Of a stretch of 64,000 bases of DNA, positions 41,154 to 51,626 are shown one piece after another. Position 1 is the first letter of the stretch, and each line of letters opens with the position of its first letter. The notes beneath the pieces are model-generated. The model saw nothing but the letters and a program-made list of their open reading frames with translations. It searched no databases and was not told where the DNA came from. This DNA is from Corallococcus exiguus. Lineage in GTDB: Bacteria; Myxococcota; Myxococcia; Myxococcales; Myxococcaceae. The translations under genes were made by a program, and so were the position numbers. The stretch is from NCBI RefSeq assembly GCF_012985275.1, contig NZ_JABEKY010000003.1. One strand, 5' to 3'.

Positions 41154-43004
41154 CTATTCGAATTCACTAACGGCTCTCACATCAGCAACGGAGAAAATAC
41201 GAGCACGAATCGAAGAGTCATCACCAGCTTCACGTTCCATCCCTTTGACACCCTCTTCACTGAGCAGTTCAAAGCACACCGGGAAGCTATCCCCCTGCGG
41301 AGGCGTAGCCCAGGTGAGCCGGCCATAAACGCGGTCGCTCACGACAGCACGGCCCGACAGCACCGTGTTAGCAGGCATGCCTCCCCATCCACCTAGGAGA
41401 TGAATTTCAATGGGTCCATCTCCCACGGAAACTGTTCTAGGGCGGCCTTTGACAAAAACAGCAGGGAGCCTGCGTCCTATCTCAACTTCACGTTTCGCCA
41501 TGGCCTTCACTGACCCTGCAGGGCACGGCTCAGGAGGCGGAGCCGGACGCACCTGCGGACCAGGACAACCCATGAGCGCTGAGCAAGCCGCCACCGTGCC
41601 GACAGCACGGGCCATGACGCTCATGCCCTTCTTCGCGGGCTTCGAGGGGAGCTGAAGGGGCTGCGTCTCTTTGGGCTGCATCGTCACGGTGGCTGAAACC
41701 TCCTGGAGCGTCGCAGGGAGAGCGACGGCCGCAGCGGTGGCCTCCGGCCCGGTAGGAGCTGCGGCGCGGTCAGCTTGAGTCGACTTGCCAGAGGGCGCTA
41801 CTTCCTGACGGGTGGGGACAGGCCGCGCGACGCGCGACGTCCCGAGGCCCCACGCTGCCCCCGTCAGGACGAGCACCACTGCGAGCGCCACCCAGGCAAG
41901 GAAGGCCCCACGCTTCTCGGGCGACACACGCACGGTCGTCGCGGGAGGTGGCATCTCGCTCGCCGCAGCATCCGCGTCCACCGCTGGCATCTGTTTCCGG
42001 GGAATGCGTTTGCCTCGACGAGGGCGGTGCCGGGGTTGGTGCCGCCACTGCTCGAAGCTGTCGATGTCCTCCCCCTCTGTCGTCGCGGAGTCCTCGGCAT
42101 ACGCGTCGCAGAGCGGCACGTCCCACGTCGCGTCCGCGCCGCGCAGCGCCTGCTCCAGCGACTCGCAGAGAGTCTGGGCGCTGGGCGTGCGCGCCTCGGG
42201 GGTCTTCTCCAGCAACCGCAGGCACACGTCGCTCAGCGCCCGAGGCACCCGCTCGTTCTCCTCGTGCGGCGGCGTGGGCGCGCTGGAGAGAATCGCCTCC
42301 GTCAAGCTGGCACCGTCCTCGCCATCGAAGGGGAAGCGCCCCGTCAGCAGCCGGTAGGAGACGAGGCCCAGCGCCCACAAGTCGTCCGCCGGCCCCGCTG
42401 TGTAACGAGCGTCCGGCGCCTCGCGGTGGGCCCGCAGGAAGCGCCACGCCTCCGGGGAGCGGTAGTCCACCGTCCCGGGTGGGAGGATGTCCGCCGTCAG
42501 CTCGCGCGCGCCCGTGTAGTCGCCGATGCCGAAGTCCACCAGCTTGGCCAGGCCGTCCGAGGCGCGCACCATGACGTTGGCCTCCTTCACGTCCCGGTGC
42601 ACCACCCCGTCCCCATGGGCAGCCGCGAGCGCCCGCGCCACGCCCAGCAGCGCGCGCGCCGCCTGCCTCGCCGTGGGGTTCTCCGCGTCGGCCCAGGCGT
42701 CCAGCTGACGCCCTTCCACGTACTCCATGACGATGACGATGAATTGCGGCTGGGGCACCGGCCAGTAGCCATGGCCCAGAATCCGCACCACGTTGGGGTG
42801 ATGCAGGCGAGTGAGGATGGAGACTTCGCGCTCCGCCCGCTCCCCCACGCGAGGCACGTGCAGCAGCTTCAGGGCGAAGCGCTGACCCTCGCAATGCGCG
42901 AGATACACCGTGCCGAAGCCGCCCTGCCCCAGCTGGCGATCCACCGTGTAGCCCAGCACCTGGGCCCCAGGAGACAGCACGGCCGGAGGTGGCCCCCGCA
43001 TCAT
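41154..43004 (-). CDS. Ser/Thr protein kinase (Hanks-type) with a TM segment and a C-terminal extracytoplasmic domain
   Basis: The motifs are LGQGGFGTVY, ALKLL, HRDVKEANVMV, DFGI and SPE. The TM is AFLAWVALAVVLVLTGAAWGL. A C-terminal domain of about 200 aa is unassigned. Confidence 0.85.
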   Translation of the reverse strand: MMRGPPPAVLSPGAQVLGYTVDRQLGQGGFGTVYLAHCEGQRFALKLLHVPRVGERAEREVSILTRLHHPNVVRILGHGYWPVPQPQFIVIVMEYVEGRQLDAWADAENPTARQAARALLGVARALAAAHGDGVVHRDVKEANVMVRASDGLAKLVDFGIGDYTGARELTADILPPGTVDYRSPEAWRFLRAHREAPDARYTAGPADDLWALGLVSYRLLTGRFPFDGEDGASLTEAILSSAPTPPHEENERVPRALSDVCLRLLEKTPEARTPSAQTLCESLEQALRGADATWDVPLCDAYAEDSATTEGEDIDSFEQWRHQPRHRPRRGKRIPRKQMPAVDADAAASEMPPPATTVRVSPEKRGAFLAWVALAVVLVLTGAAWGLGTSRVARPVPTRQEVAPSGKSTQADRAAAPTGPEATAAAVALPATLQEVSATVTMQPKETQPLQLPSKPAKKGMSVMARAVGTVAACSALMGCPGPQVRPAPPPEPCPAGSVKAMAKREVEIGRRLPAVFVKGRPRTVSVGDGPIEIHLLGGWGGMPANTVLSGRAVVSDRVYGRLTWATPPQGDSFPVCFELLSEEGVKGMEREAGDDSSIRARIFSVADVRAVSEFE

Positions 43005-43317
43005 GGCGACCTTCTTTCGGGCTCCCAGGCCTCTCGCATGCGGCGTCCTCCCAGCGGGGCGCGGACCCTACCAGAAGCGTGAGAAGCCCGGGAATCCCTC
43101 CCTCTGGCTGCCCCCTCCAGAAAGGACTCATGGAGTCTATCCAACTCCACAGGACCTCCAGCATTCACCCTTGGCCGACCTTTGTAGGGCACGAAGCCCA
43201 AGCCCAAGGAAGAGGACGCTCCAGAGTTGCGGCGTCTCCTCCACCTCGCGCGCAAGCTGGACGCGGAGGACCTCGCGGCCCTCCTCCACGTCGCCTCGGC
43301 CCTGGCGCGCTGAAGCC

Positions 43318-44487
43318 CTACTCCCGCTTCAAGCCCTCCAGTTCGTGGGACTCCAACCCCTCGGGGAAGAAGCCCTCCTCACCGAACTCCACCTCGTCGC
43401 GAAGGACGCTGCCCTCCGCCAGCACCTGGGCCCACTCCGCTGCGGCTTCCTGCCGGCCGTAGCCCGGGTGGCGCCTCGCCAGGGCGACGCGCATCGCATC
43501 ACGCATGTCCGCCGCCGTGGCGAATCGCTGCTCGGGTTTGGCGCGCAGCGCGACATGCAGCATCGCCTTCACGTCCGGGGAGAGTGAGTCCACGGCCTCC
43601 TCGACGTCCTCCGGCCCGAAGCTGGCCAGCAGCACCTGCATTTGCGTCAGCGGCAGGGAGGGGATGATTTCCGGCTGGAGGTGGACCATCCCCTTGAGCG
43701 GGCCCGGCACGTCCTCCACGTCGAAGAGGTGCTTTCCGGTGAAGAGTTCCACCAGCAGCACGCCCAGGCCGAAGACGTCGGAACGCGGCGTCAATGGTTT
43801 ACGTGTCAGGTACTCCGGCGAGGCGTAGGCCACGTCTCCACGCACGAGGCTGGCGGGTGACTCCTCGCGCCCCACCACCAGCGAGTACGCCGCGCCGAAG
43901 TTCGTCAGCTTCACCTCGCCTTGCGTCCCTACGTAGACATGCCGGGGGTTGACGTCGCGGTGGATGACGCCCAGCGACTTGCCGTCCACGTCCGTCAGCG
44001 TGTGCGCGTGGTGCAAGGCCTCCGCGATTTCCGCGCCGACATAGAGGGCGAAGGACTCGGAGACGGGCCGGCCACGCGCCACGCCCGCACTCACCAGCGT
44101 CTCCAGCGAGGGACCGTCCACGTACTCCATGACGGCGTGCAGGGCGCCTTTGTGCACCTTGCGGTGGAACACCGTGGCGATGGCCGGGTGGCGCAGACGG
44201 AAGGCCAGCTGAATCTCCTCCCCCAGCCGCGTGCGCTGCATGAAGGTGGAGGGGTTCGCCAGCCGCCGCACGAAGCAGTAACCGGGCAGCTTGTTGCCGC
44301 GCTCCGTGAAGCGCTGGGCCATCATCAGCACCTCGCCCGTCTCCATCCGCACCAGTTCGCGGACGGCCTCGTAGCGGATGCCGTCGATGGTGAAGAGGTG
44401 CAGCGGGCGCTCAGGCGTCGGCGGGAGCTGCCTGCGGCGCGCGGAGGCTTCGGTGCGCGCCAGGTTATCGGTTGTCGTGTCGGGCAT
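43318..44487 (-). CDS. Ser/Thr kinase-like protein, possibly a pseudokinase
   Basis: The motifs HRDVNPRHV, NFG and SPEY are present, but there is no recognisable GxGxxG loop. The protein is 389 aa. Confidence 0.7.
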   Translation of the reverse strand: MPDTTTDNLARTEASARRRQLPPTPERPLHLFTIDGIRYEAVRELVRMETGEVLMMAQRFTERGNKLPGYCFVRRLANPSTFMQRTRLGEEIQLAFRLRHPAIATVFHRKVHKGALHAVMEYVDGPSLETLVSAGVARGRPVSESFALYVGAEIAEALHHAHTLTDVDGKSLGVIHRDVNPRHVYVGTQGEVKLTNFGAAYSLVVGREESPASLVRGDVAYASPEYLTRKPLTPRSDVFGLGVLLVELFTGKHLFDVEDVPGPLKGMVHLQPEIIPSLPLTQMQVLLASFGPEDVEEAVDSLSPDVKAMLHVALRAKPEQRFATAADMRDAMRVALARRHPGYGRQEAAAEWAQVLAEGSVLRDEVEFGEEGFFPEGLESHELEGLKRE

Positions 44488-44489
44488 GG

Positions 44490-44535
44490 CTCCTCGGGAG
44501 GCGGGAGAAGTGGCGCGGCGGCGCCTCCCGAGGAG
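44490..44535. promoter_or_regulatory. perfect 11-bp inverted repeat CTCCTCGGGAG-N24-CTCCCGAGGAG abutting the start codon of the kinase-like gene
   Basis: Read from the sequence. It lies in the 5' leader and RBS region of the minus-strand gene, so it could sequester the RBS or act as a terminator for upstream transcription. Confidence 0.35.
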
Positions 44536-44914
44536 TTTGGGTCCAATTGACTTTTAAAGTCCATAATCTTGGACTCTAAAGGGCAATCACCTCACCTGGG
44601 CGAGGGCGAAGCCTGCCCCGGCGCCGAGCACCACCGCCATCACCACAACCAGGACAGGGACAGAGCGCGGCTGTTGGCGTAGCACCTCGTTCTCCGCCTG
44701 GTGTAACGGACCGGGGTAGTGGATCGCAGGCGGGTCACCCAAGCAGTTCGTAGCGGGGTCGGCCAAGCGGATCGCCCCCGGGTCGGCCAAGCGGACCTTG
44801 AGTCGGAGCAGTCGGGACGGCGGTCCGTTCCCCCGGAAGACAGTTGGAAGAAACACGGCTGGGAGGTGGAGTGAGCGCCTACCCGGCCAGGCATCCCGTG
44901 CATCTTCGCGAGTC

Positions 44915-45139
<225 letters not shown>

Positions 45140-45648
45140 CACCTGGCGGAGCCCCTGCCGGACCGGTTTGGCCGAACCCGCGCGGTCCACGCCGTCACGC
45201 TTCCCGGGCTCCTCACGTCCGGACCTCATTGGCCGGACCGAACAGCGACCTGATTAGCCGAGCCTTGACACGAAGGCGGAGCGGGCCACCACGTTTGACG
45301 AACTCCGCGAGGCGGGTGAGCGCTACGGCAAGGTCATGGGCCGCAACGCGGCGCGCGCGTTCGCCATGTTGGCAACGGCCGCCCTTGGGAACACGGCGGC
45401 GGGGCTGGGGTCGAAGGTGCCAATGCTCCCAGGCGCCGCGCAGGCGGCGGTCCAGGCCTCCACAACACCGAGAACCTCATCCCACTGGACAAGAGCCTGC
45501 ACAGCGACGTCAGCGCGTTCTTCTCGTCGATTCGACGCGATATCACCGGCTCGCCATTGACCGTACGGCAATGGTTGAGCACGCAGTCCTACGAGGACCA
45601 ACGTGACTTCGGGCTTCTGGCCATTGAGAACGTCGGAAAGGGGCTCTG

Positions 45649-46002
45649 GTGATGAAGTTGCAGGACCTTGTCGAGCAGTTCGTCGAGGACGTAGTCGCGC
45701 AGAACGAGGCCATCTTCCGGGGAGACGCCAAGACGGGAAACAAGCACGCCAGGAAGTACGGTGCCGCCGTCGATAAGCTCCTGGCCCACGGCAATGCCGG
45801 ACGTGACGCTCTCGCCGTACTGCTCAAGCATGAGCGCATGGACGTGCGCGTGATGGCTGCCGCGCATCTGCTCCGCTATCGGACGGCCGAAGCCAAAGCG
45901 GTCCTGGAGGAAGCGGCCAAGGGGCAGGGGCTGGTCCCGTTCGGAGCGCAGCAGGCATTGAAACGCTGGGAAGAAGGAACCTGGGCGCTCGATCCTGAGT
46001 AG
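45649..46002 (+). CDS. small hypothetical protein, predominantly helical (immunity-protein-like; family not recognised)
   Basis: It is 117 aa with coding-like composition. A GTG/ATG start overlaps the stop of an upstream frameshifted ORF (45336-45650), which suggests a degraded two-gene module. Confidence 0.4.
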   Translation: MMKLQDLVEQFVEDVVAQNEAIFRGDAKTGNKHARKYGAAVDKLLAHGNAGRDALAVLLKHERMDVRVMAAAHLLRYRTAEAKAVLEEAAKGQGLVPFGAQQALKRWEEGTWALDPE

Positions 46003-46075
46003 TTCTGATCGTGGCTGAGGAGGCCATGGCGCGCGCGGGCATCTCCGGCGCGCAGTTCACGGCTTTCACCGGTCC

Positions 46076-46133
46076 GTGAGGGGCTGCGAGAGCAGTCCCT
46101 GGCGAGTTCGATTCCCGTGCCCTACCGCCAATA
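46076..46133 (+). repeat. attR-like 58-bp direct repeat (partial tRNA-Sec 3' end, no 5' half)
   Basis: This is the second identical copy of the 58-mer. The upstream sequence does not form the 5' half of a tRNA. Confidence 0.85.
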
Positions 46134-46260
46134 TCAACGCGAGACAGATTGACGTCTCAAAATGAGACAGCGGCGGCTGGCAACCGGCCGTGAATCCGGG
46201 AAGCGTGGCGCACGATATCTGCATACAGGGCGTGTCCTCCGTTGAGGACTCCGGCCTGCC

Positions 46261-46812
46261 ATGCTCACGCTCCCTGACGTACCCACTGAAACGCGCGTTG
46301 CACGGGTTCGCAAGGCGCTCTCCGAGGAACTGTTCTTCGTCCGCGGCGTCAGCCTGCTGCTCGTGGTGCTGGTCCATGTGATTGGCGTGGAGCCCTTCCA
46401 GGGGTTGCGCAAGCTCTTCGCTCCGGAACGCGCGGAGCTGCGGTTCGCGGCGGAGCTCATCCACAGCTTCAACATGGCGGTGATGATCATTGGCTCGGGA
46501 GCGGCGGTGTCACTCTTCGGCGCGCCGGACTCGTCCTTCCGGGAGTTCGCGCACAAGAAGCTGCGCAAGCTCGTCATCCCCATGGTGGTGTGGGCTCCGG
46601 TCTTCCTCTACGCCCATGAACTCTCCCAGGCGCGCCCGCGAACGCTTGGAGGATGGCTGGCGCTGCTGGGCCAGTTCCCTGCCGCGTGGTTCCCTCCGTA
46701 CGCCATCTTCTGGTTCATTCATGCCCTGGTGGGCTGTACCTGTCTGTCGTGGGCGTATCAGCGCAGTGTTCCCGCCCGGTGCCACTGGAACGGGCTGAGC
46801 TACCTGGGCCTG
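46261..46812 (+). pseudogene. acyltransferase-3 family (membrane O-acyltransferase) N-terminal fragment, interrupted by the IS insertion
   Basis: There are multiple TM helices (VSLLLVVLVHVIG, FNMAVMIIGSGAAVSLF, VIPMVVWAPVFLY, PYAIFWFIHALVG). It is only about 185 aa, whereas the family is typically 350 aa or more. The reading frame runs into the IS at about 46815. Confidence 0.5.
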
Positions 46813-46814
46813 TC

Positions 46815-48138
46815 CCATCCGCTTCCGGTTTAGCCGCCGCTCCCGAGGGAAGCCTCTCGCTTCCGGCGTTCGCGCTCTCGGCGCTGCTGGCGTGAACGCG
46901 CCGTCACCTCCGCGATGAGCAGAATGCGCTCCTCCAACTGCTCCAGCGTCACGCCCCGGCTCATCATCGCATGAGACAGTAGCAACGGGGCGCAGCGAGC
47001 CAGTGCCAGTACCAGCGCGAGCCGCCCCGTCGCCTGCTGCGAGTCCGGCTCGCCTGCCTTCTGCCGCAGCGACAGTTCCAGCAGGCGCGAGAGGGCCAGG
47101 GCAATCACCTTGGCGTACACCAGCGAGAGCACCGCGCCAGGCCGGGTGGCGCGCAGCGCCGACATCCCCACGCCGGATTTGAGGGCCTTGAAGAGCAGCT
47201 CCACTCTCCAGCGCAACCGGTAGGCCTCGGCCACCTCGTGTGCCGTCAGCACCTCGCGGCCCACCGTCGTCAGGTACCAGCGCCGCTCGCCCTGCGGCCC
47301 TTCCACGGCCACCACGCGCGCGCAGGCCGTGCGCCCGTGCTTCTCCAACCGCACGTCCACGTCGATGACGCCGCCCTCCTCCTTGAGGACACCTTGCAGG
47401 AGTGCGTCAGTCAGGCGCATGCCACGCGCCCGGACGCGCTCGCCCTTGCCCACGTGCACCCGCAGCACCTTCGGGTCATGCTGGGCCTTCAGCCGCACCA
47501 GGAAGTGGGCCCCGGCCTCGATGGCGTCGAGGTAGCGGCCCGTGTCCGTGTACCCCAGGTCCATGAAGGTGAGCGTGCCGGGCGCCAGCGCCTCCTCGGG
47601 CAGGGCGCGCGTGTCCTGGGTGCGCTGGGACGTCACGTCATCGGCCACCGGTAACTCGTCGCGCAGCGACACCAGTGCGTGCCACTTGAAGGCGGCCGGC
47701 CGTGCCTCGCTGGTGGACGGGGCCCAGTCCGCTGCCAGCCGCCGCAGCAGTTGGCACGTGGAGTCGGCCACCTGCACGTCCGTGAACTCGTCCAGCAGTG
47801 CCCCCAACTCGTTGAAGGGCTTGTCCTCGCCGACGGCCTCTCGTACGGCACGGATGGCCCGGCTCGCCACCTCGCGCATCAACTGCCCGAAGGCGTCGCT
47901 GAAACGCTCGAAGAAGGCGCTGGGCGACAGCTTCTGCCCGGTGAGCGCGCGGCCTCCAGAATGTCCTCGGCCGACACCAGCGCGCGCAATCCCTCAGCCA
48001 CCTTCGTCCTCGGCGTGCTCTTCTTCATATCGACAAAGTGTTCCTGGCACCCCGTTCCCGAGAACCTGTCTGCTCGGCTGCCCTTATGTCTTTGATTCTG
48101 CTCGGCTTTTCCCCATCACGCGAAGCGGACGCGGATGG
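46815..48138. mobile_element. IS4-family insertion sequence, about 1.3 kb, with a frameshifted transposase. Boundaries are approximate.
   Basis: A DDE transposase ORF spans 46830-47882 on the minus strand. Its N-terminal 48 codons (MKKSTPRTKVAEGLRALVSAEDILEAAR...) lie in another frame at 47885-48028. A short CCATCCGC inverted match at 46815 and 48131 is a tentative end marker; no TSD was identified. Confidence 0.6.
46830..47882 (-). CDS. IS4-family DDE transposase (main ORF; N-terminus in a different frame up to 48028)
   Basis: Sequences typical of the IS4/IS231 transposase family are ...FMDLGYTDTGRYLDAIEAGAHFLVRLK...GERRWYLTTV...AEAYRLRWRVELLFKALKSG. There is an arginine-rich C-terminus. 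Confidence 0.7.
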   Translation of the reverse strand: MMREVASRAIRAVREAVGEDKPFNELGALLDEFTDVQVADSTCQLLRRLAADWAPSTSEARPAAFKWHALVSLRDELPVADDVTSQRTQDTRALPEEALAPGTLTFMDLGYTDTGRYLDAIEAGAHFLVRLKAQHDPKVLRVHVGKGERVRARGMRLTDALLQGVLKEEGGVIDVDVRLEKHGRTACARVVAVEGPQGERRWYLTTVGREVLTAHEVAEAYRLRWRVELLFKALKSGVGMSALRATRPGAVLSLVYAKVIALALSRLLELSLRQKAGEPDSQQATGRLALVLALARCAPLLLSHAMMSRGVTLEQLEERILLIAEVTARSRQQRRERERRKREASLGSGG

Positions 48139-48434
48139 CACTGGGTAGACATGCTCTGTCAGGACCTTGAAGGCATCATCGAGTTCTTCCACCGACCAAG
48201 GCGATCCCTGCGCATAAGTGGAAGTACGCCAGAACCGTGGCTCAAACCACTGTCCGGTGCGCTGGACCTCTTGCCTCCAGGTATGACTGAGTCTCTGCTC
48301 CATACGGTGAATACCCTTGGGCTGTGGCGGAGTCCTCAGTGGCGCCAGGCATTGGAGGCGGCGTCCAGCTTTGCACTTCATCGTGGGCAGGGCGCCGGTG
48401 AGCGCCCCAGGCCCGTTGGGAAGAACGCCGGGAA

Positions 48435-49523
48435 CTACCCGTTGCGCTTCGCGAAGTCGTCCATGAATGAGACCAGCGTCTTCACGTGATCCACGGTCAC
48501 CGCGTTGTAGAGGGACACGCGGATGCCGCCCGTGATGCGGTGGCCCTTCATACCCACCATGCCGGCCTTGGCGCCTTCGGCCACGAAAGCCTCTTCCAGC
48601 TTTTCGTCCGGCAGGCGGAACACCACGTTCATGTACGAGCGCGACGCCTTCTCCACCGGGGCCCGGTAGAAGCCCGCGTTGCGGTCGATGGCCGTGTACA
48701 GCAGTTCGCCCTTCTCGCGGTTCCAGGCCTCCACCTGCTTCAGACCGCCCACACCCTTGATCCACGCGAGCACGTTGCGGCAGAGGTAGATGGAGAAGGT
48801 GGGCGGCGTGTTGTAGAGCGAGTTGTTCTCCGCGTACGTCGTGTAGCGGAAGATCTTCGGGATGTCCTTGCGGCCCTTCGCCATGAAGGATTTCTCCACC
48901 AGCACCAGGACGATGCCCGACGGCCCGATGTTCTTCTGGGCTCCCGCGTAGATGAGCGCGAAGCGGCTCACGTCGATGGGCTTCCACAGGATGTCGGAGC
49001 TCATGTCCGCCACCAGGGGCACCTGCCCCACTTCCGGGAAGGTGTGCCATTGCGTCCCGAAGAGCGTGTTGTTGCTCGTCATGTGGACGTAGGCGGCCTT
49101 CGGATCCAACTGGAGCTCGGCCTGGGTGGGGACCCGCGTGAAGCGCTTGTCCTTGTCCACCGTGTTCGCGGCGATGCGCGGCGTGCCGTAGTAGCGCGTC
49201 TCGTCCACCGCCTTCTCGCTCCAGCCTCCCGTCACCACGTAGTCCGCGGAGCCGCCCTGGGGCATGAAGTTCATGGGCACCTGCGCGAACTGCTGCGAGG
49301 CGCCGCCCTGGAGGAAGAGGATCTCGTGGGTGTCCGGAACGGCCAGCAGCTCCTTCACGAGGGCGAGGGTCTCGTTGTGGACGGCCTCGAACGCCTTGCC
49401 CCGGTGGCTGTGCTCGATGATCGACATCCCCGTGCCCTGGAAGTCGAGCAGCTCGTCCCGCGCCCGCTCCAGCGCTGCCGTGGGGAGACCGGCCGGGCCG
49501 GGATTGAAGTTGATGACGCGCAT
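48435..49523 (-). CDS. serC: phosphoserine aminotransferase
   Basis: [14 protein letters not shown]...HRGKAF...[10 protein letters not shown]...[13 protein letters not shown]...NTPPTF...[16 protein letters not shown] aligns along the full length of E. coli SerC by eye. The track ORF begins 6 codons earlier. Confidence 0.9.
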   Translation of the reverse strand: MRVINFNPGPAGLPTAALERARDELLDFQGTGMSIIEHSHRGKAFEAVHNETLALVKELLAVPDTHEILFLQGGASQQFAQVPMNFMPQGGSADYVVTGGWSEKAVDETRYYGTPRIAANTVDKDKRFTRVPTQAELQLDPKAAYVHMTSNNTLFGTQWHTFPEVGQVPLVADMSSDILWKPIDVSRFALIYAGAQKNIGPSGIVLVLVEKSFMAKGRKDIPKIFRYTTYAENNSLYNTPPTFSIYLCRNVLAWIKGVGGLKQVEAWNREKGELLYTAIDRNAGFYRAPVEKASRSYMNVVFRLPDEKLEEAFVAEGAKAGMVGMKGHRITGGIRVSLYNAVTVDHVKTLVSFMDDFAKRNG

Positions 49524-49650
49524 GGCAGTGTCCTCTGGCAAGTGAACCGCTCCGGCATTCTCGCCGGTGGAACTCCGGGGGTCACGAGCAACGTGGGCTC
49601 AAGCGGACGGGGGCCTTCGTCCGCCCGGTGGGGGTGGTAGCGTCCCAGGC

Positions 49651-50556
49651 GTGTCCCCTGCGCCCACTCCTTTGGCCTCCGCCTTTCTCGCGGCTTCTGG
49701 CCACGCGCCTGCTTCGCTTGCGGAGCCCACGCGCTTGGAGGAGCTGCTCCGCGCGTCGCTCGAGCGCGCCCGGTCGCGCTGGCCCGGGCTGGAGCTGGAG
49801 GCGCTCGCCTTCGTGGTGTTCGTCGCTGAGCGATTGACGTCTCCGAAGGGGCTGCTGGAGGCGCTCGAAGGGGCCTCGCCTGCCTTCTCGGAGTTGTACC
49901 TGGCCTTCGGGTGCCTGCGGCACGACCGCGCCGCGCTCCAGTTCTTCGAGGACGGCTACCTCCGCGATGTCGGCGCGTTCGTGTCCGGCGTGGACCGCTC
50001 GCCCGCTTTCGTCGCGGAGGTGCGGCAGGTGCTCCGGGAGAAGCTGTTCACGGCTGCCGCTGGCTGTGAGCCGAAGATTTCGGAGTTCACCGGCGGCGGC
50101 GCGCTGGGCGGATGGGTGCGGGTGGCGGCGCTGCGCATCGCGCTCAACCTCAAGCGCTCCGAGACCCGGGCCGACACCGCCGCGCAGGACTCCGTTGAGT
50201 CCGCGTTCGGCGAGCAGCTGGGGCCAGAGCTCGAACACCTGCGCTCGCGGTACCGCGAGGCCTTCACGGAGGCCGTGCGCACGGCGCTGGGTGAGCTGTC
50301 CGACCGGGACCGCACGCTGATGCGCCTGTACCACGTGGAGTCGCTGTCGCTGGACGCCATCGCGGCGCTCTACCGCGTCCACATGTCCACGGTGTCGCGG
50401 TGGCTCAGCCGCGCGCGGGAGCAGGTGGCGGAGGCCACGACGCGGCGGCTCTGCGAACGCCTGGGGGTGGGCGCGTCCTCGGTGGACAGCATCGCGGCGC
50501 TGGTCGTGAGCCAGGTGGACCTCAGCCTGACGCGGCTGCTCGGTCCGGGGGGCTGA
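49651..50556 (+). CDS. ECF-type RNA polymerase sigma-70 family factor
   Basis: A sigma region 2-like segment (ELYLAFGCL...FFEDGYLRDV) and region 4 (DRTLMRLYHVESLSLDAIAALYRVHMSTVSRWLSRAREQV) are present. The start is uncertain: GTG 49651 was chosen, and the track ORF starts at 49567. Confidence 0.65.
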   Translation: MSPAPTPLASAFLAASGHAPASLAEPTRLEELLRASLERARSRWPGLELEALAFVVFVAERLTSPKGLLEALEGASPAFSELYLAFGCLRHDRAALQFFEDGYLRDVGAFVSGVDRSPAFVAEVRQVLREKLFTAAAGCEPKISEFTGGGALGGWVRVAALRIALNLKRSETRADTAAQDSVESAFGEQLGPELEHLRSRYREAFTEAVRTALGELSDRDRTLMRLYHVESLSLDAIAALYRVHMSTVSRWLSRAREQVAEATTRRLCERLGVGASSVDSIAALVVSQVDLSLTRLLGPGG

Positions 50557-50633
50557 ACTTTCGCTGCAAGGGATTTCCCGGCCGGTGTCAGGGCGTCGAA
50601 AGGCCCCTTCCGGGCCTCACCGAGGAAAGCCCC

Positions 50634-51596
50634 ATGCGCGTCTCTTCCTGGCTGTCCGTCGTCACCCTCGCCGCCACCGTCTCCGCCTGCGAGCCGTTCC
50701 CCGACGATGCCCCCTCCATCCCCACCGAGGTGCAGTGGCCCGGCGAGGCCTTCTTTCCAGAGGGCATCGCGGCCTCGAAGGACGGCACGCTCTACGCGGG
50801 CAGCCTGGGCACCGGCGCCATCGCGCGCGCCAAGCCGGGCTCGCTGGGGGCCGAGGTCTTCGTCCCGGGCCGGGCCTCATTCGGCGTCTACGGGCTCGAG
50901 GTGGATGAGGCCCACGACACGCTCTGGGCCTGCACCTACGACGACCTGCTGCTGCCCGCGCAGGCCTCGTACCTGAACGGGTATGCGCTCTCCTCGGGTG
51001 CCCTGAAGGCCAGCCATGCCATGCCCAGCCAGGTCAGCTTCTGCAACGACGTCGCCGTCGATGCCGCGGGCAACGTGTACGTGACGGACTCGTTCGGGAA
51101 CGCGGTCTTCCGGCTGGCCGTGGGTGGGACGGCGCTCGACACGTGGTCCTCGGATGCCGCGTACGAGCCCTCCGAGCCGGGCCTCATCACGCTCAACGGC
51201 ATCGCCTACGACGGGGCGAACCGGCTCTACGTCGTGAAGAGCGACACGGGCGCGCTGTTCTCCATCGATATCCAGCCGGATGGCAGCGCGGCGGCGCCCG
51301 TGAACATCCCGGTGACGCCGGCGCTGGAGACGCCGGACGGGGTCGAGTGGGTGGATTCGGGCCGGCTGTTCGTCGTGGAGAACACGGTGGGGCGGGCTTC
51401 GCTGGTGACGCTGGGTGAAGGCGCTGGCGCGAAGGAGGTGCTCGCCAACGGCTTCGTGGAGCCGACCGCCGCCGCGATCACGAAGGACGGCGCGTGGGTG
51501 CTGGAGTCGCAGATGGGGTTCTTCTTCGGCACGCCGGGGACCCCGGCCCTGCCCTTCCGCGCGTACCGGGTCGCCGTCCCCCCTCTTCTGCCCTGA
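50634..51596 (+). CDS. lipoprotein with an SMP-30/gluconolactonase/strictosidine-synthase-like beta-propeller
   Basis: The lipobox is MRVSSWLSVVTLAATVSAC. Repeated blades include DGTLYAGSLGTG, NVYVTDSFGNAVFRL, NRLYVVKSDTGALFSI and DGAWVLESQMG. The track ORF 50400-51596 starts further upstream in a Gly/Arg-rich stretch that looks non-coding. Confidence 0.6.
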   Translation: MRVSSWLSVVTLAATVSACEPFPDDAPSIPTEVQWPGEAFFPEGIAASKDGTLYAGSLGTGAIARAKPGSLGAEVFVPGRASFGVYGLEVDEAHDTLWACTYDDLLLPAQASYLNGYALSSGALKASHAMPSQVSFCNDVAVDAAGNVYVTDSFGNAVFRLAVGGTALDTWSSDAAYEPSEPGLITLNGIAYDGANRLYVVKSDTGALFSIDIQPDGSAAAPVNIPVTPALETPDGVEWVDSGRLFVVENTVGRASLVTLGEGAGAKEVLANGFVEPTAAAITKDGAWVLESQMGFFFGTPGTPALPFRAYRVAVPPLLP

Positions 51597-51626
51597 GCGC
51601 GAACAATCCTAGAGTCGCGTCCCACC

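Noticed and set aside
41770-43164. ORFs 41770-43164(-) and 41775-43082(+) across the first kinase gene
   Set aside because: They are alternative frames or antisense of a gene with complete Hanks kinase motifs in the accepted frame.
44545-44580. TTGACTTTTAAAGTCCATAATCTTGG read as a sigma70 promoter
   Set aside because: The -35/-10-like hexamers are only 10 bp apart, so it is not a canonical promoter. It is kept only as an AT-rich anomaly inside the island.
48025-49640. ORFs 48025-49050(-) and 48486-49640(+) overlapping serC
   Set aside because: serC aligns end to end with E. coli SerC in its own frame. The others are frame or antisense artefacts.
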